Assembly (NCBI GenBank): GCA_965178125.1
Contig: OZ237747.1
Coordinates: 372,001-436,000 of the forward strand
From: Bilabrum cf. latius
Taxonomy: Eukaryota
Length of the DNA: 64,000 nt
Direction: 5' to 3'
Below are positions 37,074 to 48,850 of this stretch, piece after piece; the first letter of the stretch is position 1, and the number at the start of each line of letters is the position of its first letter. Both the position numbers and the translations under genes were made by a program. Under the pieces are notes generated by a model. The model was given only the letters and a program-made list of their open reading frames with translations, was not told the DNA's origin and did not search any database.

Positions 37074-38837
37074 ATGGCAGCGAGCGGCGAAGCTTCAGGT
37101 ACCGCCGGTGGATAGGAGCCAAACCCTATTGTAGATAAGCCAGATGAGACGGTGGAGCTAGAAGGGGCTGCGGTAGTCGCGGATGATGCCCACACGGGGT
37201 TGGAAGGGGTGGACGATTCGGAAGCTGATGATACCGTCGTTGAAGGAGCCAGGGCAAAAATATCGGAGGAAGACCCCGATGAAATTGAGGATATTGCCGT
37301 GGTTCGATTTAATGGGCATGAAGACAGCGTATACTCGGCTGCGTTCCACCCAACCCTGCCGGTGATTGCGTCCGGTGACGGCGACGACACCTTGCTGGTG
37401 TGGGATGCAGCCAGGGGAGAAATCGTGCAAAGGGATTCCAAGTCCACGCACAAAGACACTGTTATGTTTTCGTAGTTCTCGCCCGATGGGAAGTACCTCG
37501 CAACCTGCTCCATGGACAGCACCATCCAGGTGTTCAAGGTGCACCAGGGGCCAGAGGCACCTGCTCCGGCTGCTGGGGGCTCCAGCGGCGCATCTGCAGG
37601 CTCCTCTGCGCCATCAGCATCAGCGTCCTCCTCGAAGCCAAGCAGCGCCCCTGCGGCGGAGGGGAGCGGCCAGGTCCGCCTCACCAAGGGCAGCGCTCTG
37701 GTGGGGCCCGGCGGCGACTTCAATTTCGCCGCGTGGCACCCGTCGTCTCCCGCCCTTCTGGTGGGTTCTGAGGACTGCATGGGATGGGTCTTTGACGCCA
37801 GGAACGGGAAGCTGCTCGCTTCCCTGGCCGGGCACGACGCCGGCGTGCTGTGCGGGTGCTTCTCACCCAGGGGGAACACGGTGCTGACCGGGTCGGTGGA
37901 CGGGACCGTGCGCTCGTGGCACGCTGTGACGGGCGAGTGCAAGCAGGTCATCCAGGGCAGAGGGTGGTTCTCGGAGGGAGAGCCTGTCCTCACGCTGGCG
38001 TGCCACCCGAGTCAGCCCCTTGTGCTGGCGGGGGCAGCGGACGGGACGGCCCGCCTGGCCAACTACAAGACGGGCAAGGTCATCGCGACGTACTCCCACA
38101 CGAAGAGGATCGGGTCCACGGCAGTGGGAGGGTCCGGTGCCGATGCCGGGGGCGTGCGTGCCCTGACTGACGATGGGGATTCTGCCGCGGCTGGGGCTGG
38201 GGCCGGGTCTGGCGCAGGGACAGGGAAGGGGCAGGGGAAGGGCGCGGAGGCAGAGGCGGGCGGGGTCAAGACCTCCGACTTGCACGACGGTGCCGCGGAG
38301 GACGTCGCCGTCACGGTGGAAGGCGTTGGGTTTTGCACATGCGGTTTGAATTGGGCAGCAACTGGCGCGACCGACGGCTCCCTGTGCATCTGGGACCTTG
38401 GTTCGAATTCGATGCGGAGGAGCTTCGTGCAGGAGGGCAGCATCACGAGGATCCAGTGGCACCCAGAGCTGGCTTGCGTCATCACGGCCGCGGCGGACGG
38501 GACGCTGCGGGTGTTCGATGCGCGGGCCGGGAAGGAGCTCTCCAGGGTGGCCGCGCACAGCGGAATGGTCCTGGACATGCAGATGTGGAGGGCACCTGCA
38601 GCGGTCGCTGCAGCGGCTGGGGAGGCGGGAAAGGAGGCAAAGGCAGGCGGCACCGACGCGGATCCAGGAAAGGGGGCCGCTTCCGGTGCTGGGGCAGGGG
38701 CAGGGGCGGCGGCCGGGGGGGACGACGTGGTGGTGACAGGCGGCGCGGATGCGGCCAGCAGGTTCAAGCCGGGGCAGTTGTACATCCTGACCGCCGGCGA
38801 TGACCACTCTTGCGCCGTGTTTGAGCTGCACGGATAA
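37074..38837 (+). CDS. AAMP: WD40 protein, AAMP/Sqt1-like ribosome assembly factor
   Basis: Acidic N-terminus; motifs FNGHEDSVY, SGDGDD..VWD, HKDTV...FSPDGKYLAT..MD, WHP, GH..GV.CG.F and G.VDG. TAG at 37113 and 37473. Ends in TAA right after the last WD strand. Confidence 0.8.
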
Positions 38838-38959
38838 TGTTTCGTCGCTGCGCATGCCATCCACGGGCGGGTTGAATTGGCGGCCCGCCGCCGCCGGCAA
38901 AGCCGGAACCGCCGGGGAAACAAGAGCCAAAAAGTTTCCACCGCTAGTTGCCCGCCACC

Positions 38960-39931
38960 ATGGACATCACAGAAGTCGATGCGTTCGTTGACAAACACGC
39001 AGATACTGGGCTTGCATTTCTTACGGTTGGAACCACGTCCTTTGACGACTTAGTGAGCGAGGCCTGCACGCAAGCTTTCTGCAAAACAGCCAAAGAGAAA
39101 CACAGAATATCGGGTCTATTGGTACAGCTTGGGCGAGGTCATTGGCCAGAATGTTTTATTAATGATATTAGTGACAGCCACAAGACTGTATAGGTCAGGG
39201 AAGTTCGAAAGGAGTGCCGGATAGCGGAAGGCTTGGGTATCGAAGTGCTTGGATTCACGTTCAGGGCAGGTATTTCAGACTTGTTTGCGTCGGCCAAGCT
39301 GGTCATCAGTCATGCAGGTGAGTCAGAATGCATTCATCTACTTGGTCAATGCCGAATTAACGAAATATTCCGCTGTCGAGCAGACCCCACACGTTCGACC
39401 ATCGCAGGCACTGGCAGTATCTTCGAGTCTTTGCGTGCTGGCAGACCGCCGCTAGTGGTAATCAATGCTTCGCTAATGGATAATCACCAATTGGAGGTGG
39501 CAGAGGCATTGCAGAGCGCGAAGCACTTGCGCCACTGCACACCGAGCTCTGTGACCGAAGCCCTTGGTACATTCGACCCCGAGGCGCTCGAGCCCCTGCC
39601 CCCCTCTAACACCAGCATCGTAGTTGCAGCTTGTCGTGACGAGGCAGGGCTCGTGCCGCTCGACCTGATCGACGACGTGGAGGAGGAGCTGAAGCGGCGC
39701 AGAGTTGGCTTGCCGAGCTCGGCTGCAGCAGCAGCCGAGGGCTCCACGGTCAGGCTGGCAGGGGCGGCTGGGGAACAGGCAGCCAGCGGAGGGGCCAGCG
39801 CGTCTGCCACGAGTGGCGGCAGGGCGTCAGGGTCTCTGCGGTCCCGAGGGAACGCGTCAGGCAAGAACAAGAGCACGAGGAAGGGAAGGAAGAAGAAGGG
39901 TAGGGCGGGTAGGGGTGCTGGCGGCAGTTGA
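38960..39931 (+). CDS. ALG13: UDP-GlcNAc transferase catalytic subunit ALG13
   Basis: Motifs FLTVGTTSFDDL, VQLGRG, VISHAG|TGSIFESL and VVIN..LMDNHQLEVA. TAG at 39191. Intron 39318..39407. Ends in TGA. Confidence 0.9.
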
Positions 39932-40186
39932 TGTGATGGGTAACTGCAGCAAACGTGCCTTCCATGACGCGATACACGCGCGTGAGCTGCTTCGTGGCTA
40001 CAGACACTAAAGACGACATTCATGAGACTGTCTGTTGTTGGCAACAGAAGCACTCTACACGGCGAGAGCAATCCGCAGTTTGCACCTCGTAACCCGCCGT
40101 GTATCATCTCCAAGACACGAACACGTCTCGCCACCAGGATGCACCCTACCTCAAGCCCTTTCAGCTGGCACCGATAGAGGGCCGGC

Positions 40187-40817
40187 TCAGTTCTTGATGT
40201 CGATCAGCTCCACATCGAACACGAGCGTAGACCCGGCGGGGATCTTGTCTCCCATCGCGCGGTCGCCATAGGCCATGCCGCTGGGGATGGTGAGCTTGCG
40301 GCGCTCGCCGATGCACATGTTAAGCAGGCCCTGGTCCCATCCCTTGATCACCTGGCCCTGGCCGAGGGTGAACTCGAAGGGGGTGCCGCGGTCGCGGGAG
40401 GAATCGAACTTTGACCCATCAGTCTGCGAAAACGGTGGGATTCCGCGTGGTGTCGGACGAGTATTGTGGACAAATATATAGATACGGTAATCGCAGTCGT
40501 CCTAAGGTGGTCCTATCTTACGTAAAGAGTACCAGTGTAATGCATCGCAAGCTTGTCCCCGCTTTTGGTCTTGCGGTCGCACTCGTCCTTTGCGACACGC
40601 TTCTTTACCCCGATACGCAGCTTTCCGTCCTGCAAATGAAAAAATGATGAGCCGCAATAGCATCCTTGCGCTGCATGCCGCAGAAACCGGTCCAAGGAGA
40701 CGCACAACGTGGCACTCTACGGATCTTGCCGTAACTTACGGCTGGCAGGTTCTCCTTTCCGAATGCAAGGCCCAACAAAGCAAACAGCGCGATAGCTACG
40801 AACCTAGTTACTGCCAT
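40187..40817 (-). CDS. FKBP2: ER-type FKBP peptidyl-prolyl isomerase (FKBP2-like)
   Basis: Signal peptide, then [22 protein letters not shown]|..[42 protein letters not shown]. Two introns. Ends in TGA. Confidence 0.92.
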
Positions 40818-40972
40818 TGCCTTTCTTCCTTTCAAAATGAACTGCGGGCCACAAGTTGCCGCTTTGCGCAGCAAACCAGACACGATCCACAAAATGCACG
40901 CAACCATAAACCACCATGGGAACCTGTTTGACCTGCGGCTCTGGTGCCCGGGCACGGACCATGTCCCCTTCC

Positions 40973-43446
40973 TCACGCCTGCTTGCCCTCTCCCGCATCC
41001 GCGGCCTTGATCTTGTCGATCACCTCCACGGCGGCCTTGGGGATCCGCGTCCCTGGCCCGAACACGGACGCCACACCGTGGTCGTACAGGAACTGGTAGT
41101 CATCAGGCGGGATCACTCCGCCGGCGATCACCACGATGTGCTCGCCGCCCATCTGCTTGAGGCACTCCACCAGCTGCGGGATGAGCGTCTTGTGCCCCGC
41201 CGCCTGGGAAGAGATCCCCACGGCGTGCACGTCGGCATCGATGGCCTGCTGCGCCACCTCCTCGGGCGTCTAGAAGAGCGGGCCCACGTCCACGTCAAAG
41301 CCCATGTCGGCAAACCCGCTGGCGATCACCTTGGCCCCCCGGTCGTGCCCGTCCTGGCCCATCTTTGCGACCAAAATGCGCGGCCGCCGACCCATGTCCT
41401 CCACGAACCGGTCCACCGCACTCGTCACGGCGTCCATCTCGTGCGCGGCGGACGAATCGGTTCCGAATTCCTGCTTGTAGGCCCCTTGCACGACCCCGTC
41501 CTTGAGCACGTGCCTGCCCCACACGGCCTCCAGAGCGTCCGAGATCTCGCCCACGGTGGCCCTGGCCCTCGCTGCCTCCACAGCCAGGGCCAGCATGTTC
41601 ATCGGGTGCTTGCCGCTGCCAGTCGACTCGGTCACCTTTGCCGACTCGGTGAGCTTGGCCAGCGCGGCATCCACCGCCGCCTGGTCTCTCTCTCCCCTCA
41701 CCTTCTCCAGCCTGGCTGTCTGCCCCTTCCTCACTGCCGTGTTGTCCACGTGCAGCACGTCCACCTTCTCGGGGTTCTCCACCACGTACTTGTTGACGCC
41801 CACGATCACTTCCTGCCCCGAGTCGATCCTCGCCTGCTTCCTCGCCGCGCTCTCCTCGATCCTGAGCTTTGGCATCCCCGAGTCGATGGCCTTGGCCATG
41901 CCTCCCAGCTCGTCAATCTCCTCGATGATGCCCCTCGCCTTGTCCACAAGGTCGTTCGTCAGGGACTCCATCATGTAAGAGCCCCCCCACGGGTCCACCA
42001 CCTTGGTGATGCCCGTCTCCTCCTGGATCATCAACTGCGTGTTGCGGGCGATCCGCGCCGAGAACTCAGTGGGCAGGCCCAGGGCCTCATCGAACGAGTT
42101 GGTGTGCAGGGACTGCGTGCCTCCCATGACAGCGGCCATCGCCTCCACCGCCGTCCTCACCACGTTGTTGTAGGGGTCCTGCTCCGTGAGAGAGTACCCC
42201 GAGGTCTGGCAATGGGTCCGCAGCAGCCAGCTCTTGGGATCCTTTGCGCCCACCTTATCCCGGAGGAGCTCGGCCCAGAGGGTGCGGGCCGCCCTCAGCT
42301 TGGCCACCTCCATGTAGAAGTTCATCCCGATCGCGAAGAAGAAGGAGAAACGCTTGGCCACAGAGTCCACGTCCAGACCCGCCTTTTGAGCGCACTGCAC
42401 GTACTCGATACCATCTGCCAGGGTGAACGCCAGCTCGAGAGCTGCGTCGGCCCCCGCCTCCTGCATGTGGTATCCAGAGATGGAGATGCTGTTGAAGCGG
42501 GGCATGTGCTCCGCCGTGTACCCGAAGATGTCCGAGATGAGCCTCAGGGATCCTTGCGGGGGATAGATGAAGGTGTTGCGCACCATGAATTCCTTCAAAA
42601 TGTCGTTCTGCACTGTGCCTGTGAGCGCCTCCTGAGAGACCCCTTGCTCCTCGGCCGCCACGATGTACATGGCCATGACGGGCAGGATGGCGCCGTTCAT
42701 CGTCATGGAAACGCTCATCTTGTCCAGTGGGATCCCGTCGAAGAGGATCTTCATGTCCTCCACCGAGTCGATCGGCACTCCGGCCATGCCCACGTCTCCC
42801 TGCACCCTCGGGTGGTCCGAGTCGTACCCCCGGTGCGTCGCCAGGTCGAAGGCCACAGAGAGGCCCTGCTGGCCTGCCGCGAGGTTCTTGCGGTAGAAGG
42901 CGTTGCTCTCCTCGGCCGTTGAAAAGCCCGCATACTGCCGGATCGTCCACGGGCGGTACGTGTACATCGTGGCGCGAGGACCACGGGTGTACGGAAAGTG
43001 CCCACTCAGCTACGACACCGATAGATCCTGCGATGCAACGGAGAGAGCAGATGTAGCAGCCGACAAGTCGGGCGGAAATTCTATGAACGCAGTGTTTTCG
43101 TATTATTCTGAGCACCCTGAGGCCAGCCAAGGCAAAAACAGGCACGTGTGCGCTGCCACATCACCGCATGATCACACCAGCGCAAGACGCGCAACTGCTA
43201 TATTCTGCTTACCTTTGTATCATCCTCTGTGTAAATTGGCTTGATATCTATTCCCTCTGGCGTTCTCCAGACGAGGTCGTCAGCAGACTTCTTGCCACGA
43301 AGCTCCTTATCTGCCAGCTCCTGCCATTCCTTGGGGAGCTCCATGCTAGACATTCTGGGAGAAGCAGTGGAAAACACGCGCCTTGTGCAAGAGAGACCAT
43401 AAAGTCGTCTGCTCAATCGCCTGGATTGCCGCATCATGCTTTGCAT
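40973..43446 (-). CDS. MUT: Mitochondrial methylmalonyl-CoA mutase (B12-dependent)
   Basis: Motifs [31 protein letters not shown]12-binding GQDGHDRG and GPLF*TPEEVA. Arg/Ser-rich transit peptide. Intron 43028..43212. TAG at 43010 and 41270. Ends in TGA. Confidence 0.96.
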
Positions 43447-43787
43447 GGTGTGCTGAGAGCCCTTTTGTATGCATCGCAGCTCTGGCGCGGGCGGTTGTAA
43501 CCATTCAAGTTGAAAATGGGTCGCCGCGCGTTCGGTTCCGCTGGAGAGCGTGTCTCTCGAAGCGCGCTGCGACGAATACAAACGCCGGCTATCCAGCTGC
43601 CAGCGCGAGGTTTCCCGTATTTAGGCCAGCACAGGTCTGTATACACGTATTGTTTTGCTTTGAAAGCGCGTTCACGCTCCGGAATCCCTCGAAGCAGGCG
43701 CAGCAGGTATTCCAGAGCTTCGTCGTTCCTGACGTTTTACGATTGGCTGACGCCAATCTTGCGCGTTGATTCATTGTTATTGACAAA

Positions 43788-45418
43788 ATGTCGGATGATG
43801 GGAGGCGTAGAAGAGCAAGAAGCCGCTCGTACACTTCGGAAGAACTTATTGCTGACATTGACGGGGGTGTATCAGAATCACCGCCAGTAGCGGCAGCATC
43901 GGAGGGAAGCGCGCCAGGGCTGCCGCCTCCAAGAGCGCGGAGCGGGAGTTAGAGCTCTGGGAGCTCTGGAGGCAGCGCTGGGAGAGGGGCGGCTGGAGCT
44001 AGCTCGAGAAAGGCGCCAGCCCTGAGCTAGCGCACCAGGAATATCCTGTCCCTGCAATCTGATCCTCGCGAACAGCACATGAGTCCCACCAAAACAACAA
44101 GCGCATTCGAACAGGCTTATGGTGATGACGACGAGGAAGAGGAGGCCAGGTACCATGAATCCACGCGAAGACGAGCAGAGGCCGAGGCGCAGCGCTCCTC
44201 CGCGTCAACCACCGCCTCCGGTGCGACCGGAGCCCCGCCTGGTTCGGCCGGGGGCGGGCCAGCCACTAGCTCGGGCGGCGCCTCTGCGAGCACAGGTTCC
44301 TCCGGAGGCTCCAGCGGGAAGGCTCGAGCCCCGGGCGAGTTCCTGCTGGAGCGGATTCCTCGCCGCCCGGGGGAGGAGGCCCCCAAACATGACCGTCAGA
44401 TCAAGCTGCTGATGCTGGGTGACAGCGGGGTGGGAAAGACCAGCCTGCTGATGCGGTACAGCGAGGACAAATTCATCGAAGGGGTGCTGTCTACTGCCGG
44501 GTGAGTCAAGTCAAGTCAAGTCAAGTCAACGCCAGCCCCACAGGATTGCGGGGGTATCCGATTGCACGCGTGCAGCCATGCCCCGGGTCCCAGCGCGCCT
44601 GATCCCCCGCCCCGCCCCCGCGTTGCTGCCTCCGATCCATGCCTGCGCAATATCAAATCGAAGCCTTCTCTTGGTTCACCATATCCATTCGTATACTCTA
44701 GGTACATCTCATCTCTTCGTCCTTCCTCCTCTCGCAGGGTCACGTTCCAGACGCAGTACTTCAACGCAGAGGGGCTCAAGATCCGGTGCGATTTCTGGGA
44801 CACTGCGGGCCAGGATAGGTTTCACGTGATCACACAGGCGTACTATGCCGGGTCGCACGGTATCATCCTTGTGTACGACGCTGCCGACCACTCCGAGCAG
44901 TCGTTTCAGAGTGAGCTTCTCTGCACGATCTGCGCGCGAGTTCTCGTGCGCTTGAGGAGACTACCCCCGTGCTGCCGCTTTAGATGCCGCTTTTGACGCT
45001 TCAGTTTGGTTCAATGATAGTATAGTCGTGTGCGCTCCTCACCCGCTTTCCTCGCTCGCTTTGCCCCATCGCCCCTCGTCGCGCAGATGTGCGGTACTGG
45101 ATGGACAATATCCACAAGCACGCGAGCTCGAACTGCGTGAAGGTGCTGCTGGGGAACAAGAGCGACCTGCCCGACAAGGCAATTTCCAGGGAGCAGGGCC
45201 AGGAGGTCGCGGACGAGTACGGCATGGCCTATTTCGAGACGAGCGCCAAGACGGGCTTCAACGTCGAGGAGGCCTTCTTTCAGATCGCGAGGACGGCCAT
45301 CGCAAAGCAGGTGGAGGTCGGGGCCATCGCGCTGCCTGATGGGATGAAGGCGGCGGGGGGTGGTGCGGGAGCTGCTGGAGGGAAGAAGGGCAAGGATGGG
45401 CCGTGCGTGATCTCGTGA
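43788..45418 (+). CDS. Rab GTPase (Rab8/RabE-like) with ~200-aa low-complexity N-terminal extension
   Basis: Motifs [24 protein letters not shown] and C-terminal CVIS. Introns ~44501..44737 and 44911..45086. Two TAGs in the extension. Ends in TGA. Confidence 0.87.
44504..44529 (+). repeat. Intronic pentanucleotide microsatellite (AGTCA)5 next to the splice donor
   Basis: gtgagtcaagtcaagtcaagtcaagtcaac. Confidence 0.85.
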
Positions 45419-45801
45419 TTAGATCGTGTGAGTCGTGATGCCCTCGCCCAGGAGGAGCACGAGGCCGACGTTGAAGTGGTGCATGTGCGGTGTGGAAGGC
45501 GACAGGACGGAATGGCCCGAACTTACAGCTGTGCGGCGTGCTTGTAGCACCTGTGCTGAAGGTTCCGGGCCTAGCTCCGGGCCTGCCGGTCCAACGATTG
45601 TCCCGCTGCGTGGCCCCAGCGGTACTGGCCGTGGGTGTCCCGCGGCATATTTCGTGCATTTCCTCCCGTGATGCTGAGGTCAACCATGCGTATTAAGTAA
45701 TATAGGAAACATATATTGTTGCGCCTCAAGCCCAAATGCCAGAATAGCCTGGGTCTGCTTCGCGACCGGCTTGCTTTGCTCGTGGCTGCACACCCCATCG
45801 C

Positions 45802-47442
45802 TCACGCCCCCAGCCTGGCGAACACAGCTGACCAAGCGGGCAGCTGCACAGTGCAGCTGTTCAACGCAACTCCCTTGGCCTGAATCGCAGGAGCCGCCCC
45901 GTCGATGCTGTACTGGATCTGGTTTCCGTTCAGCTGCACTCCCGGTAAGCTGACGTTGCTCGCATCGGGGTATGCCTGCAGGCTCCACTGCATTCCAGAA
46001 ACGGCTGAGGGTGTCCCCGCGCAGGGGTTGCCTCCTCGCAGCCCGGACCCGCGCACGGACACGTCAATCTCGGCCTCGGCGCCCTGCAGGTTAAGCGCCA
46101 TCACGATGGGGCTGCCGCGTTCGCTTGAGAAGGCGTACACGCGCACTTGCTCCGGATTAGAGGCGAGCACACTCGCAGGCTCTCCTGCAACGGCTGCAGG
46201 GCCCCTCGAAGTCTTGTGTGGGCTCGTAACGGACGCGGCATAGACCGGTGCCCCCGTGACGATCCGCTTGAAGGCCAGCAGCCCCATCACGGAAGGCTCA
46301 ACGTAGGAGAAGGTGCCAGCGGAGTAGTTTTTCCCCGGCCCCGGCTCTTGTATGATAAAGTTGGGGATTTGCTGCTGTGCTACCATGTTGTGGCCAGTGG
46401 CGAAGGCTAGTCCCAGCCGGTCGAGCCACACGAGCAGCCCCGCAAACCCGTCGTCCAGCCCGTGGAGGTGCTGCCCCGTGGGTCCCCTTGGGTTCGAGTC
46501 GCTGTTCAACTCGATCCCGGACTCTCCCAGCCAAAGCATTGCGGGCTTAGTCCACGCCGGCGGCCGTTTCTTGTTGAACCCGCCGACCGTTTGGCTCGCC
46601 ACCTGCGTGGACTGGGCCGCCTCGTCCAGCACGTTCGCACTGAGGTACTCCGCGAGTGTCTTGCCCGGAGGGAGGTAGTAGTGCCAAGTCACCGCGTCCA
46701 CTGGGCCCTGCGAAATGCCCTGGGATCCATTCTACAGGAGCGTATTTAGGTATGTTTCCAAGTAGGTCTCGGCCGACGAGCCGCCGTCTGACGAGATCAA
46801 CGCCCGGTGCGTCACATCGGGGCCGATGCGCCAGGGACTAGACGGCGTGCCCATACCTACACTACCTTGCCCATAAATAGATGTCAACAGCTCGCCAAGC
46901 TGCAGCGTGTGACCGGCGTTCAGCCCTGGAGAGAAAAGCTTGTATGGTGCGTTCAGCTCGTTGCCAAGCTCCCAACCCGAAACGGGGCATCCTATTTTTC
47001 TCGTATACTCGATCAAATTGCGAGCATTCGATGGATCCCAGGTGTGCCCGGCTGATTCATTGAAGCCAAATCTCGCGTTGAGACCAAAAACGAGGGTGCA
47101 GTTGGATGCTTGAGCAAGGGTGCACACCTCGCCCCACTGAGGCTTCGTGACGTTTCCTGGCTTCGGATCGCCCTAGTAATTATCCATATTATAATACAAC
47201 CAATCAGCTGCAGTGCCACCGACCCGCAGTACAGCAGGGCTGAGACTGCGAAGCACAGCCTGTGTTGCTTGGTCGCGGGGGTTGAAATGACCGCTTCGAA
47301 ACCAAACAGCATCATACGTCATACCAACAGACCAAGACATCAGTTCGGAGACAACCTGCGATTCATCGATCTGCACAGGAAGGCATGCTGCCAGCAGTGC
47401 TTGCGATCCGAAAGCAAGTAGAACTTTTGCCGATGCTCCCAT
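45802..47442 (-). CDS. Glycoside hydrolase family 79 (heparanase/beta-glucuronidase-like)
   Basis: Motifs LSPAVLRVGGTAADW, LVFGLNA, WELGNE (acid/base), TWHYY, WLGE (nucleophile) and WLDRLG. TAG at 47173 and 46732. Ends in TGA. Confidence 0.88.
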
Positions 47443-48850
47443 GCGATCAATGCTTGAGCACGTTTTGCGCAAACAAGTCAACAAGATATGCGCTCAAAAT
47501 TCTGTCGCTTCGGCCCTGCTGGTCACTATGCTGTGAACGAGACGACTGAGGTGGCGCGCACGCCAATCGTCACTGCAGGCAGCATCGCGGCAAGGTGCAT
47601 ATCAATCATTTCTTGAGATCAGCGCGGGCAGATATGGCCATTTCGCAATAAGGCACCGTCTCGTGTCGTGGATAGCAGTTGTAAGTAGGCGCTGGGATGG
47701 GGTGGGTTGAGGTAGCTCGCGGTGCGGCCGCTAGCGTGGTCCGCCGCATTACGGTGCACGCATCGCAGCTCATAGTCTTTCGAACCTCAATCCAGACTCG
47801 CGTAGCTAATCATCATAGAATGTAAGGTAGATTCAAATGCCTGCAAGCGCTACCTTGCCCTTGAGGTGCACCTAAGTGTGCCCGCGTTGAGGTTGTCCAC
47901 TGGCAGGCGTAGCGGATGAGGGGTCTGCCGCGCAATGCGTTTCGGCAGTATGAGTGCGGGATTATCGGTGTTACTTCATAATAAAACTATCGATTTCGAC
48001 AGTGTTTCGCCCCTTTCCAGGTTTTACTTGCGTGAGACGCGTCCAGAATTGGGAACCGGTAGCTTGGAACTGCTACCCCTCCGAGGAGTCCACCCTTGAC
48101 CCAAGCAAGTGCTCACTGAGTACGGTTGCCTCTGTATAAACTCTTCGCCTCAAAAATGCTGGTCCGCTGTCCTTACGTCACGTGTCAATATAACTATAAA
48201 TACTTTTGCTGCACTGCCATGGTCAGGTGATGCGTGTGTGGCACGTAGCACGGCCGTCAAAATCAACGAGAGTGGCCGGCCGAAATAACCATTTCAACCC
48301 AAAATGCACGGACATATCAGAAATCTTACCAATCTAAATGGTTATCACGTAGTAAAAAGAGTATGCAACAAAATGATTGTAGGTGGTCCGCGCCTGGGGG
48401 GCCGGTACACCTCTTGGTGTGATACATATTTTCGACATCGGCTGGAGACCAAAACTACACGCAACATTGTCTGATTTCTCAACCCAAAGTTGGGACAAAC
48501 TTTGAACCGGATTACTCGTGTTATTTGGTGTACTCTACACTCTATATCAAAGTTTGAGAATTAAGTTGCATTCAAAAAGTTCTGCACGTTGAAATTGCTG
48601 TAAGTTATCATCTGGTAAAGCTTCTGGAGCAGCCATCCTTTTGTGTGTAAAGAAAAAGTACCGAGGAGCATACAGAGGTCGAATAGAAGCTAGCAACCGT
48701 ACGTATATTGCTCAATATGGTATACACGTAAAGTTTGGCTTGCTATTCAACGCATCTCGCAGGGTTGCCTACGACCTGTACTCAACACCCACAGCTGCTC
48801 AAAACTTGGAAGTCTACGGACCATCCTTAACCTGAAGCACCCCATAGGCA

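Noticed and set aside
41270-41272. UAG as pyrrolysine, Glu, Leu or Tyr, or leaky readthrough
   Set aside because: The diagnostic columns are Gln, no pyl genes are present, and up to ~29 TAGs per gene is incompatible with inefficient readthrough.
40916-42922. 668-aa plus-strand ORF, and similar long antisense ORFs at 28015..29529, 22351..23841 and 37863..38930
   Set aside because: These are shadow ORFs opposite GC3-rich real genes, with no recognisable motifs.
47443-48850. Suppressor tRNA-Gln(CUA) or another ncRNA gene in the intergenic DNA
   Set aside because: No convincing cloverleaf or A/B-box pattern was seen by eye; tRNAscan-SE or Infernal would be needed.
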